The notes: a model not told the origin generated them from the sequence alone. Positions 10,649 through 21,958 are shown, counted from the stretch's first letter. The stretch: DNA of 64,000 nucleotides from Dehalococcoidales bacterium (GCA_034419075.1 DAOULR010000001.1:1766-65765); one strand, 5' to 3'. A program made the numbers and translations.

Positions 10649-11191
10649 ATGTCGGCGCTTAAAGAGAAATATAAGGCCGAGGTCGTGCCCGAGCTAATGA
10701 AGAGCTACGGCTACAAGAACGTAATGCAGGTACCGCGCCTGGAGAAGGTGGTGCTTAATATCGGCCTGGGCGAGGCGATACAGGACGCTAAGGCGCTGGA
10801 GTCGGCGGAGAAGGACCTGGCTGCCATTACGGGGCAGCACCCCATTACCACCCGTTCCAAAAAGTCTATCGCCGCCTTCCACTTAAGAGAGGGCATGACC
10901 ATCGGGATGAAGGTGACGCTGCGCGGGGAGCGCATGTACCACTTCTTCGATAAGCTGGTAAACGTGGCCTTGCCCCGAATACGCGAGTTTCACGGGGTCT
11001 CCCGCGATGCCTTCGACGGGCGGGGCAACTATACCCTGGGGTTTAAGGAGCAGGTCGCCTTCCCCGAAATAGATTACGATAAAATAGAAAAGGTGCGGGG
11101 GCTGGAGGTGTCAATCGGCACCACGGCTAAGACCGACGACGAAGGCAGGCAACTGCTGGAGATGTTGGGTATGCCCTTTGTTCGAGACTAA
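10649..11191 (+). CDS. rplE: 50S ribosomal protein L5
   Basis: [26 protein letters not shown] motifs. Confidence 0.99.
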   Translation: MSALKEKYKAEVVPELMKSYGYKNVMQVPRLEKVVLNIGLGEAIQDAKALESAEKDLAAITGQHPITTRSKKSIAAFHLREGMTIGMKVTLRGERMYHFFDKLVNVALPRIREFHGVSRDAFDGRGNYTLGFKEQVAFPEIDYDKIEKVRGLEVSIGTTAKTDDEGRQLLEMLGMPFVRD

Positions 11192-11203
11192 AACGGAGTA
11201 GGA

Positions 11204-11389
11204 ATGGCCAAGAAGTCAAAAGTCGAAAAGTCAAAGCAATCGCCCAAATACAAGGTGCAGCAGCACAACCGCTGCCTGCTCTGTGGGCGACCCAGGGCCT
11301 ATATTCGCAAGTTTGGCTTGTGCCGGATTTGCTTTAGAAAGTTAGCTCTGGCCGGGCAGATTCCCGGAGTGAGAAAATCAAGCTGGTGA
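11204..11389 (+). CDS. rpsN: 30S ribosomal protein S14 type Z (zinc-binding)
   Basis: 61 aa; RCLLCGRPR...LCRICFR CxxC pairs. Confidence 0.98.
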   Translation: MAKKSKVEKSKQSPKYKVQQHNRCLLCGRPRAYIRKFGLCRICFRKLALAGQIPGVRKSSW

Positions 11390-11396
11390 AGTGGAT

Positions 11397-11795
11397 ATGA
11401 CTATCTCTGACCCAATAGCCGATATGTTGACCAGAATACGCAACGCCATTATGGCGCGGCACGATTCCGTGCTGGTGCCGACGTCGAGAATGAAGCTGGC
11501 TATCGCCCGCATCCTTAAAAAAGAGGGCTTTATCGCCGAATACGAGGTGATGAAGAGCAAACCGCAACGGGCGATACGCATCCACCTCAGGTACGACGAT
11601 AAGAATGAGTCCATCCTTTCCGGACTGGAGAGGGTGAGCAAGCCTGGCCTTCGGGTCTACGTGGGGCGGGACGAGATTGCCCGCGTTCACGGTGGCCTGG
11701 GCATCGCCATTCTCTCCACCTCTCAGGGCGTAATGACTGGACAGCAGGCCTGGAAAAAAGGAATCGGCGGAGAACTGCTATGTCACGTATGGTAA
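11397..11795 (+). CDS. rpsH: 30S ribosomal protein S8
   Basis: [29 protein letters not shown] motifs. Confidence 0.99.
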   Translation: MTISDPIADMLTRIRNAIMARHDSVLVPTSRMKLAIARILKKEGFIAEYEVMKSKPQRAIRIHLRYDDKNESILSGLERVSKPGLRVYVGRDEIARVHGGLGIAILSTSQGVMTGQQAWKKGIGGELLCHVW

Positions 11796-11813
11796 TAAAC
11801 AGGGGTGATAGCA

Positions 11814-12365
11814 ATGTCTAGAGTGGGCCTGATGCCGATAGAGGTGCCCGATGGAGTCAAGGTTGACCTCGGAGACACAGTCAAGGTGAGCGGCCCCAAG
11901 GGCGAACTCAGCCGCCGCTTTAACCCCGACATGAAAATAAAACTGAAGGATAACGTGCTCACGGTGTCGCGGCCCAGCGATAGTAAGGAACACCGCTCCC
12001 TGCACGGGCTGACGCGCAGCCTGCTGGCCAACATGGTGCAGGGGGTAACCACTGGCTTTGAGAAGCACCTCGACATCGTCGGGGTTGGCTACCGGGCGGA
12101 AAAGACGGGGGATAAGCTGACGCTGCGCATCGGCTATTCCCACCCCGTCGAGGTAACCCCTCTGCCTGGCCTGACGCTGGACGTGGAGGGGGGCAATCAC
12201 ATCAAGGTCAGCGGCATCGATAAAGAGGTCGTCGGCGAGATGGCCGCCGAAATCAGAGCCATCCGCCCGCCCGACCCCTATAAGGGTAAGGGCATCAGAT
12301 ATACCGGTGAGATTGTCCACCTCAAGGCGGGCAAGGCCGGTAAAGCGATAGGTCAGAAGGTATAA
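11814..12365 (+). CDS. rplF: 50S ribosomal protein L6
   Basis: [28 protein letters not shown] motifs. Confidence 0.99.
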   Translation: MSRVGLMPIEVPDGVKVDLGDTVKVSGPKGELSRRFNPDMKIKLKDNVLTVSRPSDSKEHRSLHGLTRSLLANMVQGVTTGFEKHLDIVGVGYRAEKTGDKLTLRIGYSHPVEVTPLPGLTLDVEGGNHIKVSGIDKEVVGEMAAEIRAIRPPDPYKGKGIRYTGEIVHLKAGKAGKAIGQKV

Positions 12366-12730
12366 TGGTTAAAGGTGGAACCAGAGCAGCCAGAGTAAGA
12401 AGGCACGCCCGGGTCAGGGCCAAGATGAAGGGCACTGCGGCTAGCCCGCGGCTCTGCGTTTTTCGCAGCCTGAACCACATCTATGCCCAGGTCATCGATG
12501 ACGAGAAGGGGCATACACTGGTGACGGCTTCGACGCTTGACCAGGAGATAAAGCCCAGTGTCAACGGCAAAGCCAAGTCGGCCAGGGCGGGGCTGGTCGG
12601 CACCCTGGTGGCCAAGCGTGCCCTGGATAAAGGCATAAAACAGGTCGTTTTCGACCGTGGCGGCTACAAATATCACGGGCGGATTAAGGCCCTGGCCGAG
12701 GCGGCCCGTGAGGCCGGACTCAAGTTTTAG
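12365..12730 (+). CDS. rplR: 50S ribosomal protein L18
   Basis: [24 protein letters not shown] motifs. Confidence 0.99.
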   Translation: MVKGGTRAARVRRHARVRAKMKGTAASPRLCVFRSLNHIYAQVIDDEKGHTLVTASTLDQEIKPSVNGKAKSARAGLVGTLVAKRALDKGIKQVVFDRGGYKYHGRIKALAEAAREAGLKF

Positions 12731-12747
12731 GGGGAGTTTTAGCCGAA

Positions 12748-13290
12748 GTGAAAGGACCCATAAGCAAGATAGACCCGACCGAGCTGACGCTAAACGATAA
12801 GCTGGTCTACATCAACCGCGTGACCAAGGTGGTGAAGGGGGGCAAACGCCTAAGCTTCAGCGCCCTGGCGGTGACCGGCGACGGTAACGGCATCGTGGGC
12901 ATCGGCGTGGGCAAGGCTAACACCGTGCCCGAAGCCATCAGCAAGGCCAACGCCATCGCCCGCAAGAACCTGCTCAAGGTGCCTTTGAGCGGGACGACTA
13001 TCCCCTACGAAATAACGGTCAAGTTCAGCGCCGCCAAGGTACTACTGAAACCCGCCGCCCCGGGCACGGGTATTATTGCTGGGGGCAGCATACGGGCGGT
13101 GGTGGAGGCGGCTGGCATCAAGGATATTCTGACCAAGTCGCTGGGAAGCGCCAACCGCATTAACACGGCTAAGGCGACCATAGTTGCCCTCAGCCAGCTT
13201 AAGGTTCCCGAAAAGGAGATAGCTAGGCGGCAGACCGGTATCGAGCCTGGTGAAGACAAGGAGGTTGAGGAGGAGGTCGTCGGTGGCTAA
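12748..13290 (+). CDS. rpsE: 30S ribosomal protein S5
   Basis: [28 protein letters not shown] motifs. Confidence 0.99.
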   Translation: MKGPISKIDPTELTLNDKLVYINRVTKVVKGGKRLSFSALAVTGDGNGIVGIGVGKANTVPEAISKANAIARKNLLKVPLSGTTIPYEITVKFSAAKVLLKPAAPGTGIIAGGSIRAVVEAAGIKDILTKSLGSANRINTAKATIVALSQLKVPEKEIARRQTGIEPGEDKEVEEEVVGG

Positions 13291-13465
13291 GCTGCGGGTA
13301 ACCCTGATTAAGAGCGGCATCGGCTATGCCCAGGACCAGAAGAAAACGTTAAAGGCCCTGGGGCTTAACCGCTTAAATAAGAGCATGGTGCATAACGACA
13401 ACTCCTCAATACGCGGTATGCTCGATAAAGTGAAGCACCTGGTTAAGGTGGAGGAAGCCAACTGA
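13283..13465 (+). CDS. rpmD: 50S ribosomal protein L30
   Basis: [28 protein letters not shown] motifs; GTG start at 13283. Confidence 0.97.
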   Translation: MAKLRVTLIKSGIGYAQDQKKTLKALGLNRLNKSMVHNDNSSIRGMLDKVKHLVKVEEAN

Positions 13466-13929
13466 TGTTACAGGAGAAACTTTCACCCTCTCCCGGCTCC
13501 AAGAAAGACCGCAAGAGAGTGGGCCGTGGGGATGGCAGCGGTAACGGCACCTATTCGGGACGGGGCTCGAAAGGGCAGAAGTCCCGTGCTGGTTACAAGA
13601 TGCGCCCTGGCTTTGAGGGGGGGCAGTTACCCTTAATCAAGCGCCTACCGCGTAAGCGCGGCTTCACCAACCCCTTTAAAGTGGACTACAGTCTGGTGAG
13701 GCTGGATAAGCTCAGCGTTTTCGAGCCCGACAGCGAGGTGACGCCAGAGAAGCTGATGGCCGCAGGTATAATAAAATCGTTGAAGAACCCGGTTAAGATT
13801 CTGGCCGGCGGCGAAATCAAACACGCCCTGACGGTGAAGGCCAACAAGTTTTCGGCGGCGGCTAAGGCCAAGATAGAAGCCGCCGGCGGCAAAGCCGAGG
13901 AGGTGGGCAGTGGCCCAGAAGCAAAGTAG
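13465..13929 (+). CDS. rplO: 50S ribosomal protein L15
   Basis: RVGRGDGSG, GRGSKGQKSR, FEGGQLPL motifs. Confidence 0.99.
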   Translation: MLQEKLSPSPGSKKDRKRVGRGDGSGNGTYSGRGSKGQKSRAGYKMRPGFEGGQLPLIKRLPRKRGFTNPFKVDYSLVRLDKLSVFEPDSEVTPEKLMAAGIIKSLKNPVKILAGGEIKHALTVKANKFSAAAKAKIEAAGGKAEEVGSGPEAK

Positions 13930-15220
13930 ACCGCGACTGCTGCAGGCCATGATTGACGCCTTCAGTCTGCCCGATTTGAGGCGGCGGATTCTGATTACCA
14001 TCGGCATCCTCATCATCTTCCGCTTCATCGCGCACGTACCCCTGCCCGGGGTTGACCTTGATGCCCTGAAAGAGCTGTTCGAGAGCAACGCCCTGCTGGG
14101 TATGCTCAACATGTTCAGCGGCGGTGCTATGAAGAGCTTAAGCGTGGCGGCAATGGGGGTATATCCTTATATCACGGCCTCCATCGTGATGACGCTGCTG
14201 GTGCCCATCATCCCCAAGCTGAGAGAGATTTCCCAGGAAGGGGAGGCGGGCCGGGACCGGATTAACCGCATTACCCACTGGCTGACCGTCCCCCTGGCCG
14301 GGCTTTCTGGCTACGGGCAGTTGGTCTACTTCCAGCACCAGGGCGTCATCGGCAGCACCGCCATCTTGCCCATGATAGCCATGATAGTGTCGATGATAGC
14401 CGGCACCATGTTCCTGGTCTGGCTGGGCGAACGTATCACCGAGCACGGCATCGGCAATGGGGTATCCATAATCATTTTTGCCGGCATTGTCGCCGGCTAT
14501 TGGGAAACGGCGGGAAATCTGTTCCTGACGGCGGAGCAAAATCTTTGGGGTGTGGCTGTTTTTGTTCTGATCGCTTTAGCCACCGTCGTCTTTATCGTCT
14601 ATTTTACCGAAGCCCACCGCCGCGTCCCCGTCCAGTATTCACGGAGCGTCTTTCGCGGCGGGCGTATGTACCGGCAGGCGGGCTCGACCCATATCCCCTT
14701 AAGGGTAAACACGGCGGGGATGATACCTCTTATCTTCGCCATGTCTCTGGTCATCTTCCCCGGCGTGGTGGCCAGCTACTTTATGAATCCGGCGGGTTCC
14801 GACCCTAACTTTGCCAACACGATATATAACCTGTTTAACGCTAGCAACGTTTTCTACTGGGGGCTCTATTTCCTGCTCACCATTGGTTTTGCCTTCTTCT
14901 ACACCATGGTCATCTTTGAGCAGCAGGACCTGCCCAATGCCCTGCAGCGGCAGGGAGGGTTTATCCCCGGCATCAGGCCGGGACCGCATACTAAGGAATA
15001 TCTGGACGGGGTGATAAAGCGCATTACCTGGGCCGGGGCTTTGTTCCTGGCTATAGTGGCCATAATGCCCTTTATCATCCAGCTTGTCAGCGGCATATCG
15101 GGAACGCAGGTACAGCTGTCCAGCATGGGTATGCTTATCGTCGTCGGTGTGGTTTTGGACACTATGAAGCAGATGGAGGCGCAGCTGGTGATGCGGCGCT
15201 ATGAGGGGTTCATTAAATAG
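13910..15220 (+). CDS. secY: preprotein translocase subunit SecY
   Basis: Multi-TM protein; PYITASI, GIGNGVSIIIFAGI, GGFIPGIRPG motifs. Confidence 0.99.
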   Translation: MAQKQSRPRLLQAMIDAFSLPDLRRRILITIGILIIFRFIAHVPLPGVDLDALKELFESNALLGMLNMFSGGAMKSLSVAAMGVYPYITASIVMTLLVPIIPKLREISQEGEAGRDRINRITHWLTVPLAGLSGYGQLVYFQHQGVIGSTAILPMIAMIVSMIAGTMFLVWLGERITEHGIGNGVSIIIFAGIVAGYWETAGNLFLTAEQNLWGVAVFVLIALATVVFIVYFTEAHRRVPVQYSRSVFRGGRMYRQAGSTHIPLRVNTAGMIPLIFAMSLVIFPGVVASYFMNPAGSDPNFANTIYNLFNASNVFYWGLYFLLTIGFAFFYTMVIFEQQDLPNALQRQGGFIPGIRPGPHTKEYLDGVIKRITWAGALFLAIVAIMPFIIQLVSGISGTQVQLSSMGMLIVVGVVLDTMKQMEAQLVMRRYEGFIK

Positions 15221-15225
15221 GGAGA

Positions 15226-15882
15226 ATGGTGTATATTGTCTTTCTGGGAGCCCCAGGCGCGGGCAAGGGAACACAAGCCGCCAGTGTGGCGCGCAGGTTG
15301 AAGCTGGACTATATCGCTACCGGTGACCTGTTTCGGCAGGCGTTGGAGCGGGGGACCGAGCTGGGCTTAAAGGCGAAGTCCTATATGGAGAATGGGGTGC
15401 TGGTCCCCGACCAGATAACGATAGATATGGTTCTGGAGAGGCTTTCGGCTCCAGATAGTGGGGGAGGGGCGGTCTTCGACGGCTTTCCCCGCAATCTGAA
15501 GCAGGCAGAGGCTCTGGATGAAGCCCTGGCTCGTCAGGGCAAATCAATAGATAAGGTGGTGTACATTAAGGTATCGGAGGCGGAGGTGTTAAAACGCTTA
15601 AGCGGGCGGCGGGTCTGCCGAGTTTGTCAGGCACCCTACCACCTCACCGATTCCCCTCCCAAGGTGGAGGGGCGGTGTGACCAGTGCGGCGGCGAGCTCT
15701 ATCAGCGCCCCGACGATACCGAGGAGAGCATTAAAAAGCGGCTGGAGGTCTACTCGAATGAGACCGCTCCGCTTATCGACTATTACCGCCGGGACGGCAA
15801 GCTGCTGGAGATAGCCGGCGAGGGAGGTGTCAAAGTGGTGGGGGAGAGGATAGTTGCTGCCCTGGGTGGAGAACGTTTATAG
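15226..15882 (+). CDS. adk: adenylate kinase (zinc-lid type)
   Basis: GAPGAGKGTQ, DGFPR, CRVC...CDQC lid, QRPDD motifs. Confidence 0.99.
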   Translation: MVYIVFLGAPGAGKGTQAASVARRLKLDYIATGDLFRQALERGTELGLKAKSYMENGVLVPDQITIDMVLERLSAPDSGGGAVFDGFPRNLKQAEALDEALARQGKSIDKVVYIKVSEAEVLKRLSGRRVCRVCQAPYHLTDSPPKVEGRCDQCGGELYQRPDDTEESIKKRLEVYSNETAPLIDYYRRDGKLLEIAGEGGVKVVGERIVAALGGERL

Positions 15883-15886
15883 TTAA

Positions 15887-16651
15887 ATGAGTATCATTAT
15901 TAAGTCGGAGCGAGAGATTGCTCTGATGCGCCAGGCGGGGAGGATTGTCAGCACGGTGCTTGACATCCTGAGCCGAAGGGTGAAAGCGGGTATGAAAACG
16001 AAGGAACTGGATATAATCGCCGCTAAAGAGGCGGAGAAGCTGGGGGGTACCCCCTCCTTTAAGGGATATCGGGGGTTCCCGGCCAACTTGTGCGTCTCGG
16101 TAAACGAAGAGGTGGTGCACGGCATACCTGGCGAGCGCATTTTGCGCCAAGGTGATATAGTATCACTAGACTTCGGCGCTATCTATAATGGTTTTCACGG
16201 CGACGGCGCCGTTACGGTGGGGGTGGGGGAGATAGACCCGAAGGCAAGGGAGCTTATGGAGACGACCAAGGGAGCTTTGGTGGCGGGTATCGCCGCCGCC
16301 CACGCCGGAGCCAGGCTGGGCGATGTTTCGGCGGCCATACAGGGCTATGCCGAGGGGAAGGACTATTCGGTGGTGCGCGAGTATACCGGGCACGGTATCG
16401 GGCGTGAGATGCACGAAGAGCCACAGATACCCAACTTCGGGGTGGTGGGGACGGGGCCGGTGTTAAAAAAGGGCATGACCATTGCCCTGGAGCCGATGTT
16501 AAATGCGGGCGACTGGCATACCCGGCTCGGCAGCGACCAGTGGACGGTGCTGACCGCCGATGGTAGTCTTTCCGCCCACTTTGAACATACGATTGCTATT
16601 GCTGGCGAGGAAGCCGAGGTGCTTACCGCCAGAGAAGGAGTTTATGCCTAA
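15887..16651 (+). CDS. map: methionine aminopeptidase type I
   Basis: [31 protein letters not shown] motifs. Confidence 0.99.
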   Translation: MSIIIKSEREIALMRQAGRIVSTVLDILSRRVKAGMKTKELDIIAAKEAEKLGGTPSFKGYRGFPANLCVSVNEEVVHGIPGERILRQGDIVSLDFGAIYNGFHGDGAVTVGVGEIDPKARELMETTKGALVAGIAAAHAGARLGDVSAAIQGYAEGKDYSVVREYTGHGIGREMHEEPQIPNFGVVGTGPVLKKGMTIALEPMLNAGDWHTRLGSDQWTVLTADGSLSAHFEHTIAIAGEEAEVLTAREGVYA

Positions 16652-16862
16652 GAAGGAGGCCATTGAGGTCGAAGGTACGGTGGTCGAGCCCCTGCCTAAC
16701 GCCATGTTCCGGGTCGAGCTGCCTGACGGCCACAAGGTTCTGGCCCACATCTCGGGCAAAATAAGATTGCATTACATCAGAATCCTGCCTGGGGATAAGG
16801 TCCTGGTGGAGCTTTCCCCCTACGACCTGAGCCGCGGGCGGATTACCTATCGCTTTAAGTAG
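16644..16862 (+). CDS. infA: translation initiation factor IF-1
   Basis: [33 protein letters not shown] motifs; start at ATG 16644. Confidence 0.99.
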   Translation: MPKKEAIEVEGTVVEPLPNAMFRVELPDGHKVLAHISGKIRLHYIRILPGDKVLVELSPYDLSRGRITYRFK

Positions 16863-16876
16863 TGCGGGGATGAGTT

Positions 16877-16990
16877 ATGAAAGTAAGAGCTTCAGTCAGA
16901 AAGATATGTGAAAAGTGCAAGATAGTGAAGCGGCGTGGGGTGGTCAGGGTTATCTGTTCCAACCCCAAGCATAAGCAGAGGCAGGGCTAA
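16877..16990 (+). CDS. rpmJ: 50S ribosomal protein L36 (not in the ORF track)
   Basis: Hand translation gives [37 protein letters not shown]. Confidence 0.99.
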   Translation: MKVRASVRKICEKCKIVKRRGVVRVICSNPKHKQRQG

Positions 16991-17013
16991 GCCTTGCTGG
17001 AGGAGGCTTGTAG

Positions 17014-17403
17014 ATGGCGCGTATAGCCGGAGTTGATATACCGAAAAACAAGCAGGTCTTGTTCTCGCTGCAGTATATCTATGGCATCGGCCCTTCCCTA
17101 AGCCATAAGATTCTGGCCCAGGCCAAGGTCGACCCCTATACCAAAGTCAGCGACCTGGCCGAGGAAGAGGTCAACCGCCTGCGCGAGATTATCGACCGCG
17201 AACATAATGTCGAGGGCGAACTACGCAAAGAAGTCGACCTCAACATCAAACGCCTCATCGAAATCGGCAGCTACCGGGGCACCAGACACCGCCACGGGCT
17301 GCCGGTGAGGGGGCAGCGCACCCGCACCAATGCCCGCGCCAAGCGTGGTGCCCGCAAGACGGTAGCCGGTAGGGGGCAGCGGCGCGGCATGACCAAGAAG
17401 TAG
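17014..17403 (+). CDS. rpsM: 30S ribosomal protein S13
   Basis: [24 protein letters not shown] motifs. Confidence 0.99.
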   Translation: MARIAGVDIPKNKQVLFSLQYIYGIGPSLSHKILAQAKVDPYTKVSDLAEEEVNRLREIIDREHNVEGELRKEVDLNIKRLIEIGSYRGTRHRHGLPVRGQRTRTNARAKRGARKTVAGRGQRRGMTKK

Positions 17404-17428
17404 TTGAGCTTGTCAGAGGAGAGATAGT

Positions 17429-17821
17429 ATGGCACAGAAGAAACGCAGCAAAGCCAGAAGGCGGGAGAAGAAGTCCGTACCGACAGGTAGGGCTTATATC
17501 CAGTCCAGCTTTAATAACACCATAGTCACCCTTACCGACCCCCAGGGCAATGTTATCGCCTGGGGCAGCTCGGGTTCGGCGCGCTTTAAGGGTTCGCGCA
17601 AGGGCACCCCTTATGCGGCGCAGCTGGCCGCCCGCGACGCGGTGCGCAAGGGTATGGAGCACGGTTTGCGCCAGGTTGAGGTCTTCGTTAAGGGGCCGGG
17701 CAGTGGCCGCGAGGCGGCCATTCGTTCCCTACAGGCTTCAGGGCTTAACGTTACCAGCATCCGGGACGTAACCCCGATACCGCATAACGGCTGTAGGCCG
17801 CGCAAGAGGAGGCGGGTCTAA
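17429..17821 (+). CDS. rpsK: 30S ribosomal protein S11
   Basis: [34 protein letters not shown] motifs. Confidence 0.99.
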   Translation: MAQKKRSKARRREKKSVPTGRAYIQSSFNNTIVTLTDPQGNVIAWGSSGSARFKGSRKGTPYAAQLAARDAVRKGMEHGLRQVEVFVKGPGSGREAAIRSLQASGLNVTSIRDVTPIPHNGCRPRKRRRV

Positions 17822-18448
17822 ATGGCCAGATACGCATCGGCCGTTTGTCGCCTCTGTAGGCGCAGCGGCGAGAAGTTAATGCTCAAGGGCAGTCGCTGCT
17901 TCACCCCCAAGTGTGCCTTCGAACGGCGCGCCAAGCCGCCGGGGCAACAGCCCATTCGGCGGCGGCGGCTCTCCGACCGGGGGGGACAGCTTAGAGAGAA
18001 GCAGAAAGCCCGCTACAGCTACGGCATGATGGAAAGGCAGTTCCGCCGTCTCTTCGGGGAGGCGGAAAGGCAGATAGGTATCACCGGCGAGAACCTCTTG
18101 GTGCTTTTAGAAAGACGGCTGGATAACGTCGTCTATCGGCTGGGGTTCGCCGATTCACGCGCCCAGGCCCGCCAGGTGGTCCAGCACGGGCATATTATCA
18201 TAAACGGGCACAAGAACGATGTGCCTTCATCTCTGGTCAAGGAAGGCGACGTCATCGGCTGGAAGAAGAGCAGCACCAAGAGCAACTATTACCAGCAGGT
18301 TGCCGCCGCTATCGAAAGCAAGGTTATCCCCAGCTGGTTGAGTCTGGACGGGGAAAATCTGGTGGGTCGGGTCTTGTCTGTGCCCACCCCTGAAGATGTC
18401 GAGGCCAAATTCCAGGGGCAGAGCATAGTCGAGTTCTATTCACGGTAA
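17822..18448 (+). CDS. rpsD: 30S ribosomal protein S4
   Basis: CRLCRR, QLREKQK, LERRLDNVVYRLGF motifs. Confidence 0.99.
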   Translation: MARYASAVCRLCRRSGEKLMLKGSRCFTPKCAFERRAKPPGQQPIRRRRLSDRGGQLREKQKARYSYGMMERQFRRLFGEAERQIGITGENLLVLLERRLDNVVYRLGFADSRAQARQVVQHGHIIINGHKNDVPSSLVKEGDVIGWKKSSTKSNYYQQVAAAIESKVIPSWLSLDGENLVGRVLSVPTPEDVEAKFQGQSIVEFYSR

Positions 18449-18472
18449 GTCACCTGATAGGGAGGTAGCACA

Positions 18473-19426
18473 TTGTCTCGTTTGGCTATAGCCAATATAG
18501 AGTGTGTGGACAGCCAGGATAACTTCGGCCGTTTCTACGTCGAGCCGTTGGAGAAGGGCTTTGGCGTTACCCTGGGCAATGCCCTGCGGCGCGTGCTCCT
18601 GGGCTACCTTCCCGGAGCGGCGGTGACTAGGGTTAAAATCGAGGGGATTCAGCACGAATTCTCGACCATACCCTATGTCAAGGAAGACGTCACCGAATTT
18701 CTGCTCAACATTAAGGCGATTAGGCTGAAGTCCCTTTCCGAGCAGCCAGGCAAGCTGATACTGGAGGTGGAGGGTGAGAAGCGGGTTACCGCCGCCGACA
18801 TTGCCGCCTCCACCGACTTCGAGATTGCCAACCCCGAGCTTTACCTGGCCACGCTGGATTCGCCCGAGGCCAAGCTCTCGGTGGAACTCGATGTCGAGCT
18901 GGGCGAGGGCTATCGGGAGGCGGAGTCGGGCGACAACATGCCCGTGGGGACGATTCCCATCGACGCCGTCTTTACCCCGGTGCGCAAGGTCAACTTTAGC
19001 GTCGAGCCGGTGCACGTCAGCCGCGAGATGCGGCGGGAACGTTTGGACCTGGAGGTCTGGACGGACGGCACCATAACCCCGGTGGACGCCATCAGCCGCG
19101 GCGCCGAGATTCTGGTGGAACAGCTGACGCCCTTTATCGATTATGCCAAGGTCTCCCGACTGGAGGAGGAGAAGGAGATGATCCGCGCCTCCATCAGCGA
19201 GGAGAAATACGATATGCCCGTGGAACAGCTCGACCTCTCCGTGCGCACCATGAACTGCCTGCGGCGCGGCGGCATCGCCACCGTGGGCGAGCTGATAAGC
19301 CGCGGCGAGAAGGGGCTTTTGGCCCTGCACAACTTCGGGCAGAAGTCACGACAAGAGGTAGAGGAGAAGCTGGATTCGATGGGGCTTTCCCTGACGGCGG
19401 CGGTCAAAGAGGAAGAGGAGAGCTAG
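18473..19426 (+). CDS. rpoA: RNA polymerase alpha subunit
   Basis: [37 protein letters not shown] motifs; TTG start. Confidence 0.99.
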   Translation: MSRLAIANIECVDSQDNFGRFYVEPLEKGFGVTLGNALRRVLLGYLPGAAVTRVKIEGIQHEFSTIPYVKEDVTEFLLNIKAIRLKSLSEQPGKLILEVEGEKRVTAADIAASTDFEIANPELYLATLDSPEAKLSVELDVELGEGYREAESGDNMPVGTIPIDAVFTPVRKVNFSVEPVHVSREMRRERLDLEVWTDGTITPVDAISRGAEILVEQLTPFIDYAKVSRLEEEKEMIRASISEEKYDMPVEQLDLSVRTMNCLRRGGIATVGELISRGEKGLLALHNFGQKSRQEVEEKLDSMGLSLTAAVKEEEES

Positions 19427-19431
19427 ACGAT

Positions 19432-19785
19432 ATGAGGCATAACGTGGCTGGGAGGAGACTGGGGCGGTCTTCGGCGCACCGCAAGGCGCTCTACCGCAAC
19501 CTGGTCACCGACCTTTTAAACCATGAGAAGATAACCACCACCGAGGCCAAGGCTAAAGAAGTGCGCAGCCTGGCGGAGAAAATGATTACCCTGGGCAAGG
19601 ACGGGAAACTCGCCGCCCGCCGGCAGGCACTGGCCTTTATCCTCGACGAGAATATAGTGGACAAGGTTTTCACCATGCTGGCACCGAGGTACGCCGAGCG
19701 CCCGGGTGGCTATACCCGTATCATCAAGCTCGGCCCGCGTTTAGGCGACGGGGCGCCGATGGTGCAACTGGAACTGGTCGAGTAG
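19432..19785 (+). CDS. rplQ: 50S ribosomal protein L17
   Basis: [30 protein letters not shown] motifs. Confidence 0.99.
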   Translation: MRHNVAGRRLGRSSAHRKALYRNLVTDLLNHEKITTTEAKAKEVRSLAEKMITLGKDGKLAARRQALAFILDENIVDKVFTMLAPRYAERPGGYTRIIKLGPRLGDGAPMVQLELVE

Positions 19786-19795
19786 GGAGGTTTAT

Positions 19796-20575
19796 GTGGC
19801 CGAGACCACCAAGATTTTATTAGTCATGGAATACGACGGCAGCCGCTACCACGGCTTTCAGTGGCAGGACGGCCAGCCCTCTATTCAGGGGGAGGTCGAA
19901 AAGGCGCTGGCCAAGCTCACCGGGGAGAGGCGGCGGGTGATTAGCGCCAGCCGCACCGACGCCGGCGTCCACGCCAAAGGCCAGGTGGTCAGCTTCCGGA
20001 CAGGGTCGGCGCTTTCCACTGACAGCTTCGTCAGTGGCCTAAACCACTATCTGCCCCACGACATCGCCGTCAGGGAGGCTTACCGGATAGACGATAAGTT
20101 CCACGTACAGCGGGAGGCCATCAGCCGCGAATACAGCTACTACATCCTGAACCGCCCCACCCGTTCCCCGATGCGGAATGGCTTCAGCTATCAGGTGACG
20201 GGAGAGCTGGATATCGAGGCCATGAACCAGGCCTGCGCTATCCTGGTCGGCGAGCATGACTTCGCCTCTTTCGCCGCCCGCAACGGCACCGTCGATAAGA
20301 GCACGGTGCGGCGCATATTTAAAGCCGTGGTGGAGAGGGAGGGGGAGATGGTCATCTTCAACATTTCGGCCAACTCCTTCCTGATGCACCAGGTGCGCAA
20401 TACAATAGGGGCGCTTATCAAGGTGGGCCAGGGAAAGATGACCATAGAAGAATTTAGGAGTATACTCGAGGCCAGAGAGCCGGCGCTGGCGGGACCGACC
20501 GCCCCAGCCTGCGGGCTTTGTCTTAACCGGGTGAATTACCCCGAGCCTCTGGAGAATTATGATGAAAACCTATAG
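19796..20575 (+). CDS. truA: tRNA pseudouridine(38-40) synthase
   Basis: [30 protein letters not shown] motifs. Confidence 0.98.
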   Translation: MAETTKILLVMEYDGSRYHGFQWQDGQPSIQGEVEKALAKLTGERRRVISASRTDAGVHAKGQVVSFRTGSALSTDSFVSGLNHYLPHDIAVREAYRIDDKFHVQREAISREYSYYILNRPTRSPMRNGFSYQVTGELDIEAMNQACAILVGEHDFASFAARNGTVDKSTVRRIFKAVVEREGEMVIFNISANSFLMHQVRNTIGALIKVGQGKMTIEEFRSILEAREPALAGPTAPACGLCLNRVNYPEPLENYDENL

Positions 20576-20993
20576 CACCAAGGCTTCGGAGATTGAGCGC
20601 CAGTGGCACGTGATTGACGCCTCGGATAAGATTCTGGGCAAGCTGGCTACTGAGGCGGCTAAGCTGCTCATGGGCAAGCACAAGCCGACCTTCAGCCGCC
20701 ACCTGGATACGGGCGATTTCGTCGTCATTATCAACGCCGAAAAGGTTCGCTTTACCGGTAAGAAGGCGGAGCAGAAGCTCTACCACAGCCATTCTGGATA
20801 CCCCGGGGGATTGAAGACCATCAATCTGGAGAGGATGATGGCGGACAACCCTGCCCGTGTCATTGAACATGCCGTCAAGGGCATGTTGCCCCATAATCGT
20901 CTGGGGGCTAAAATGCTGAAGAAACTCAAGGTCTATGCCGGTGAGGAGCACCCTCACCTGGCTCAGACCGGGGCTAGCTCGAAGGGGGATTAG
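20562..20993 (+). CDS. rplM: 50S ribosomal protein L13
   Basis: [29 protein letters not shown] motifs. Confidence 0.99.
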   Translation: MKTYSTKASEIERQWHVIDASDKILGKLATEAAKLLMGKHKPTFSRHLDTGDFVVIINAEKVRFTGKKAEQKLYHSHSGYPGGLKTINLERMMADNPARVIEHAVKGMLPHNRLGAKMLKKLKVYAGEEHPHLAQTGASSKGD

Positions 20994-20999
20994 AGAAGA

Positions 21000-21407
21000 T
21001 TGGTTCAGACTGAGAAGAAACAGCGCTATTTCTACGGGACGGGACGGCGTAAGACGTCCATCGCCCGCGTGAGGCTGGTGCCGGGCACGGGCGAGATTAT
21101 CGTCAACGGCATCCCCTACGAGGAGATGTTTGTTCGCGCCGAGCACCGCCGCATAGTAACCAAGCCGCTGTTGGTTACCGAGAGCCTGGATAAGTATAAC
21201 ACCGTGGTCAAGGTGGCGGGGGGTGGCATAACCGGGCAGAGCGGCGCTATCTCTCACGGTATCGCCCGTGCCCTGGTAAAAGCCGACGAGAGTCTGAAGA
21301 CGGTGCTGCGCCAGAACGGACTGCTCACCAGAGACCCTCGTGTCAAAGAGAGGAAAAAGCCCGGGCTCAGGCGGGCGCGCAAGGCGCCTCAATACACCAA
21401 GCGCTAA
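21000..21407 (+). CDS. rpsI: 30S ribosomal protein S9
   Basis: GTGRRKTS, GGGITGQ, LTRDPRVKERKKPG, QYTKR motifs. Confidence 0.99.
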   Translation: MVQTEKKQRYFYGTGRRKTSIARVRLVPGTGEIIVNGIPYEEMFVRAEHRRIVTKPLLVTESLDKYNTVVKVAGGGITGQSGAISHGIARALVKADESLKTVLRQNGLLTRDPRVKERKKPGLRRARKAPQYTKR

Positions 21408-21429
21408 AATCGTCCCTCCCAGAATTTCC

Positions 21430-21458
21430 TTGACGCCCAAAGTTACGGCGGGTATAAT
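21430..21458 (+). promoter_or_regulatory. sigma70 promoter of the tRNA cluster
   Basis: TTGACG (21430-21435), 17 nt spacer, TATAAT (21453-21458), 16 nt before tRNA-Leu. Confidence 0.85.
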
Positions 21459-21474
21459 CCCTTTGTGTCGTGAT

Positions 21475-21560
21475 GCCGAAGTGGCGGAATGGCAGACGCG
21501 CTACGTTCAGGGCGTAGTGTCCGTAAGGGCGTGAGAGTTCAAATCTCTCCTTCGGCACCA
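21475..21560 (+). tRNA. tRNA-Leu(CAG)
   Basis: GCCGAAG/CTTCGGC acceptor stem, anticodon loop TTCAGGG, long variable arm, GTTCAAAT T-loop, encoded CCA. Confidence 0.96.
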
Positions 21561-21571
21561 TTTTCACCAGG

Positions 21572-21648
21572 GCGCTTGTAGCTCAGTAGGATAGAGCGCA
21601 GCCCTGCGGAGGCTGAGGCCGTGGGTTCGAGACCCGCCAAGCGCACCA
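21572..21648 (+). tRNA. tRNA-Arg(GCG)
   Basis: GCGCTTG/CAAGCGC acceptor stem, anticodon stem CAGCC/GGCTG around loop CTGCGGA, GTTCGAG T-loop, encoded CCA. Confidence 0.93.
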
Positions 21649-21653
21649 TCTTT

Positions 21654-21727
21654 GGGCGGTTAGCTCAGTTGGTTAGAGCATCTGCTTTACACGCAGGGGG
21701 TCAGAGGTTCGAGTCCTCTACCGCCCA
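21654..21727 (+). tRNA. tRNA-Val(TAC), CCA not encoded
   Basis: GGGCGGT/ACCGCCC acceptor stem, anticodon loop TTTACAC, GGTTCGAGTCC T-arm. Confidence 0.95.
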
Positions 21728-21803
21728 CATCCATCCCCTCCAGGACTTGCACATCTACACCTTTTCTCCTCGCACCTCCCGATGGTCGAGTCCTCTGCCG
21801 CCT
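21683..21803 (+). repeat. left copy (attL-like) of a 121-bp direct repeat: tRNA-Val 3' half plus downstream sequence
   Basis: Matches 30130-30250 with 5 mismatches by manual alignment. Confidence 0.93.
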
Positions 21804-21958
21804 AATACCCACAACCCGCTAAGCTTTGAAAGAAGGCCCTTCCGTATCCTCCTCATTAACAATTTGACAACTGGCTCGGAATAGGCATTGACAGGCACTG
21901 TATGGATGGGGGTAGAATTAGCCTAAAGAGGGCGTAATAGCTAATGAGGAGGGGGCCA

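Noticed and set aside
6247-19330. Long minus-strand ORFs over r-protein genes (e.g. 6247-7299, 8287-8850, 18440-19330)
   Set aside because: They are shadow frames of conserved plus-strand genes. The F/L/S-rich ones simply mirror the E/K-rich tails.
21340-21884. ORFs overlapping the tRNA cluster
   Set aside because: They translate tRNA sequence, have no RBS, and the tRNA folds explain the region.
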